Shown here: one piece after another, positions 60,716 to 64,000 of the stretch
Numbering within the stretch: the stretch's first letter is position 1
Layout of the letters: each line of letters begins with the position of its first letter
From: Tyzzerella sp.
Lineage (GTDB): Bacteria > Bacillota > Clostridia > Lachnospirales > Lachnospiraceae
Reading direction: 5' to 3'
Assembly: GCA_017472665.1 (NCBI GenBank)
Contig: JAFUOS010000025.1
Span: 3,072 to 67,071 of the forward strand
DNA: 64,000 bases
Made by a program: the position numbers and the translations under genes
The notes under the pieces: generated by a model
Database searches by the model: none
Seen by the model: the letters and a program-made list of their open reading frames with translations, nothing else
What the model was told of the DNA's origin: nothing

Positions 60716-62431
60716 ATGAGAAAAAGAAAATTTAGGACTTTATTTATGGGAATATTGACAGTTCTTTGCAGCGTGTTTGCATTGAACACAGGACAGGAAT
60801 GCACTGCGCTGGCATCAGAAAATGTATTTGAAATGACGCCAGGTGGTTCTATTCGTCTTACGGAATCTTATGGGTTGAGATTTCAAGTAAAAATGAGTGC
60901 CGATGTAAAGGCTGCTGCTGACGAAGTGGGAATGTTAATCTTCCCAGCAGACTATCTTGTAGATAATGGCACGGAAGGCGACATTCATTATGAAAGTGTA
61001 GAAGCACTTGCAGCAACGACAGTATCCGATCATAGAATCAAACTTGATTTGACGCGCAAGCTTTATAAAAAAGATGGTTATTGGTATGGCAATGGTGCAA
61101 TCGTTGATATCAAAGACAAGAATATGGCGCGTGAGTTTGTGGGTATTGCTTATTATGAGGTGAATGGCAATACCGTATGGGCTGATACAAGTAAAATAGC
61201 AAATACTACGAGAGGTGCGGCACAGGTTGCACTTTTGGTACATGCTGACAAGACATATACATATTCTGATACAGAGAAGCAACTATTACTAAATTATATC
61301 GACTTTTTGAAATCGTCCGATATTATAGAAGATGCGCCTACTCGTTATCAGGTTCGTGGATATGCGGCAGATAATGGATTACACATTAATGCAGTACAAT
61401 ATGCAGACACCCTTGTGACAACAGGAGATTCTTGGACTGAACAGACACATATGGAAGCACAGATTTGGCAACACAATATGGGATATGGTGTGGAAAATGG
61501 TTTGAATGTCGATACATATTGTGCATTCTTCTTAGATGGAACTGCATCAATTAACAATGAAACCAATGTTAAAGGGGTAACCAATATCGTTACTATTAAC
61601 GATAGAGGTGAAGATTATGAGCAAGGCTATCGTTATGAGATACGCTACGAAATCTTTATTGAGTTTGAAAACAATTTAAGCAATCCACAAGATGGACCTT
61701 ATGCATTTGTACATTTTAAACATCATATGCCTGGTGAAACAGAGGGAGGTTTCGAGAATTCGTATAAAGAACACAGAGACAGCAATCGTTATCTGTATCA
61801 GGATGATTGTAGTTCATATGAATTCCGTAAAAGAGGTATTGTTGCAAAAGTGCCAAGAATTGATGTTGATGACATGGGAGAATTACCATTTGATTTCCCA
61901 ACAGTAGAAGATTTTGCAAATATAAATAGTGATTTACAGTCAGTAGATCCAGACTTATACAATTTCCAAATGTGGACAACTGATAGTGGATTATATACTT
62001 ACTTTATACAAACCTTACCAAAAACGGATTTGTCAAATAGTGATCCATGGCAAAATCCACATGTGGAGATGGTATTGTGGAATGGAGATGTTGGTAATGG
62101 ATGGTATGGAACAAATATTGCATTGTTCTCTGACGAAACGGTATCTATTGACAATCTTACAAATGTGAGAAGTGCTGCTTCTCATGTGGTTGTTGATCAG
62201 TCAGATGAAAATAAAACAGTAATCGAGTACTATTTCCATCTGGAATTTGATAATAGTACAATGAGCCTTGATCCATCATATGCTTATGTAAAACAATATC
62301 AATTCCTTCCAGGTGTAAATACAGAGGGATTAAATTCTACTATATACACAATTAATGAACGAACACTGATTTCAGGAGATGAAAAATCTTTTGCAGTACA
62401 CAGTAAAATTGACACTAAGATGTATGATTAG
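60716..62431 (+). CDS. Secreted protein with two copies of the same ~190-aa repeat
   Basis: Signal peptide; GGSIRL..GLRF N-terminal domain; APTRYQVRGYAADNGL and DFPTV..YNFQMWT repeats. Confidence 0.8.
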   Translation: MRKRKFRTLFMGILTVLCSVFALNTGQECTALASENVFEMTPGGSIRLTESYGLRFQVKMSADVKAAADEVGMLIFPADYLVDNGTEGDIHYESVEALAATTVSDHRIKLDLTRKLYKKDGYWYGNGAIVDIKDKNMAREFVGIAYYEVNGNTVWADTSKIANTTRGAAQVALLVHADKTYTYSDTEKQLLLNYIDFLKSSDIIEDAPTRYQVRGYAADNGLHINAVQYADTLVTTGDSWTEQTHMEAQIWQHNMGYGVENGLNVDTYCAFFLDGTASINNETNVKGVTNIVTINDRGEDYEQGYRYEIRYEIFIEFENNLSNPQDGPYAFVHFKHHMPGETEGGFENSYKEHRDSNRYLYQDDCSSYEFRKRGIVAKVPRIDVDDMGELPFDFPTVEDFANINSDLQSVDPDLYNFQMWTTDSGLYTYFIQTLPKTDLSNSDPWQNPHVEMVLWNGDVGNGWYGTNIALFSDETVSIDNLTNVRSAASHVVVDQSDENKTVIEYYFHLEFDNSTMSLDPSYAYVKQYQFLPGVNTEGLNSTIYTINERTLISGDEKSFAVHSKIDTKMYD

Positions 62432-62441
62432 GAGAACGATT

Positions 62442-64000
62442 ATGAAAAAGAAATATTGTTTTTTATTAGGGTTATTAATATGTGGTTGCATAGGGGTCGC
62501 TGGAATTTGGAAAGTAGTTGATGCACAAAAACAAAATCAATTGAAAGATTATACGGCCCAGTATGAGAAGTTAGACGAAAACTATATAGGAGCAGATTTT
62601 TCTGGAAGAGAGATTGCTTATAGTTTAGATTCATCAATCAAAGACAACATCAATACGTTTGAATGTTGGATTCGATTGGATGAAAGCGCAGATACAAAAG
62701 GGGTTATTTTTGGAGATTATTGCTATTATAACATAATCGATGGTGTGCAAAGATCCACCAATTGGCAGATCTCGAAAGACGGAAATGTTCAAGTTTATTG
62801 GGCAGGTACTACAGTGACATTTGAAGGATATGATGTTAGAAATTCAGAATGGACACATTTATCTGTAGTGCGTGACACAGAACAGAAACAATTTCTTTTG
62901 TATGTAAACGGAGAACATCAAGCAACATCGACAAACTATGTGGATACTGATGTGAGTGATAGTGCTTATCGTCATCGTATCGGAGGAGATAATACGGAAA
63001 GTAACAGAAAGTATCCGTTTTTAGGCGAGATTGGTCAAATTACTTGTTATTCTACAGCAAGGACTGCAGAACAAATCAAACAAGATTACCAAGAATATGA
63101 CACTATTTCGTATAGTACAAGAGATGAGAGTTTGCTATTCAATACAATGCTCCAAATTGGAGATGAAGTTGTGAGCGATAGTTCTATAAATGCAAATCAT
63201 GCACGATTAATCACTAATGATTATTTTTACAATGGTGATCTTTACGAAACACAGGATTATTCGTTTGTTGTGATAGGAGACACACAAGGTCTTGCAAGAG
63301 CAAATCAGGCGGCGATTCCAAGATACACGGATTGGATTACTGCACAGAAAGATGAGAAAAAGATTTCTGCTGTATTCCACATGGGTGACCTTACGTATGG
63401 CAATCCTGAAGTGCCAGAAGAAACTTGGAATGCTCAGTGGGAAGCAATTGCAAATCCAATGAAGGAATTGCGTACACAGGTACCATTTGTATGTGTGCCT
63501 GGAAATCATGACTACCCAAACAACTCGCTGACAATCAGAAATTTAGATAAATTTAATGAATATTTCCCGGCTGAAGAATTTGAATCACTTTCATATTTCG
63601 GTGGTTCATATGAGAAAGGAAAAACACAGAATACATATTATTTTATGGAATTTGGTAATATCGAATATGTAGTAATTGCCTTGGAGTTTGAGGCAGATTC
63701 GAAGGTACTGGAGTGGGCATGCGATATTATGAGTGAAAATTCAGATAAAAGAGTTATTTTAATTACACATAACTTTTTGAACAATGCGGGAGAAATAACG
63801 TCAGAAAGTTCTTATTTTAATGAGGCAGAAAACACTATTCCTACGGAAATGTGGGAGAAATACCTTTGCAAACATGAAAATTTATTTATGATTCTCTGTG
63901 GTCACAGCATTATGGAGACTATTGCCTATAAAGAATTAAAGGGCGAAAATGGCAACACAGTCATGACGTTCCGAATCGATCCGTCAAATATCGTAGCACA
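62442..64000 (+). CDS. LamG-like + metallophosphoesterase protein (3' partial; absent from the ORF track)
   Basis: ATG 62442 behind AGGAG; TFECWI..WTHLSVVR..LYVNG LamG motifs; GDTQ, HMGD, PGNHD, ITH, LCGH. Confidence 0.8.
   Translation, partial: MKKKYCFLLGLLICGCIGVAGIWKVVDAQKQNQLKDYTAQYEKLDENYIGADFSGREIAYSLDSSIKDNINTFECWIRLDESADTKGVIFGDYCYYNIIDGVQRSTNWQISKDGNVQVYWAGTTVTFEGYDVRNSEWTHLSVVRDTEQKQFLLYVNGEHQATSTNYVDTDVSDSAYRHRIGGDNTESNRKYPFLGEIGQITCYSTARTAEQIKQDYQEYDTISYSTRDESLLFNTMLQIGDEVVSDSSINANHARLITNDYFYNGDLYETQDYSFVVIGDTQGLARANQAAIPRYTDWITAQKDEKKISAVFHMGDLTYGNPEVPEETWNAQWEAIANPMKELRTQVPFVCVPGNHDYPNNSLTIRNLDKFNEYFPAEEFESLSYFGGSYEKGKTQNTYYFMEFGNIEYVVIALEFEADSKVLEWACDIMSENSDKRVILITHNFLNNAGEITSESSYFNEAENTIPTEMWEKYLCKHENLFMILCGHSIMETIAYKELKGENGNTVMTFRIDPSNIVA

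Overview
Low-GC Clostridia chromosome segment, most likely Lachnospiraceae (inferred from gene content), with most genes on the + strand throughout. It holds: an oxidative-stress module (perR, two rubrerythrins); sporulation and cell-wall genes (NlpC/P60, GH18, cwlD-like amidase, spmB, bofA, murG); a Tad/Flp pilus operon whose ATPase is split by one extra base in Walker A; central metabolism genes (pgi, aconitase-family hydratase, glgB, mtnN); a small decayed island (about 30.3-33.9 kb); tRNA-Lys(CTT); and a glycan-utilisation locus (GH127, ABC transporter, two GH43, repeat-domain surface proteins, a LamG-metallophosphoesterase running off the end). Main unexplained signals: (1) a promoter- and terminator-bounded, highly base-paired ~630-nt non-coding unit at 41.0-41.66 kb carrying an anti-RBS/start-codon segment complementary to the NlpC/P60 gene start; (2) two further end-paired RNA-like elements; (3) two DnaA-box clusters with no dnaA gene; (4) a ~190-aa domain I cannot assign, repeated seven times over two proteins; (5) a Sua5-pseudophosphatase fusion. 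All calls come from reading the sequence; no searches were run.
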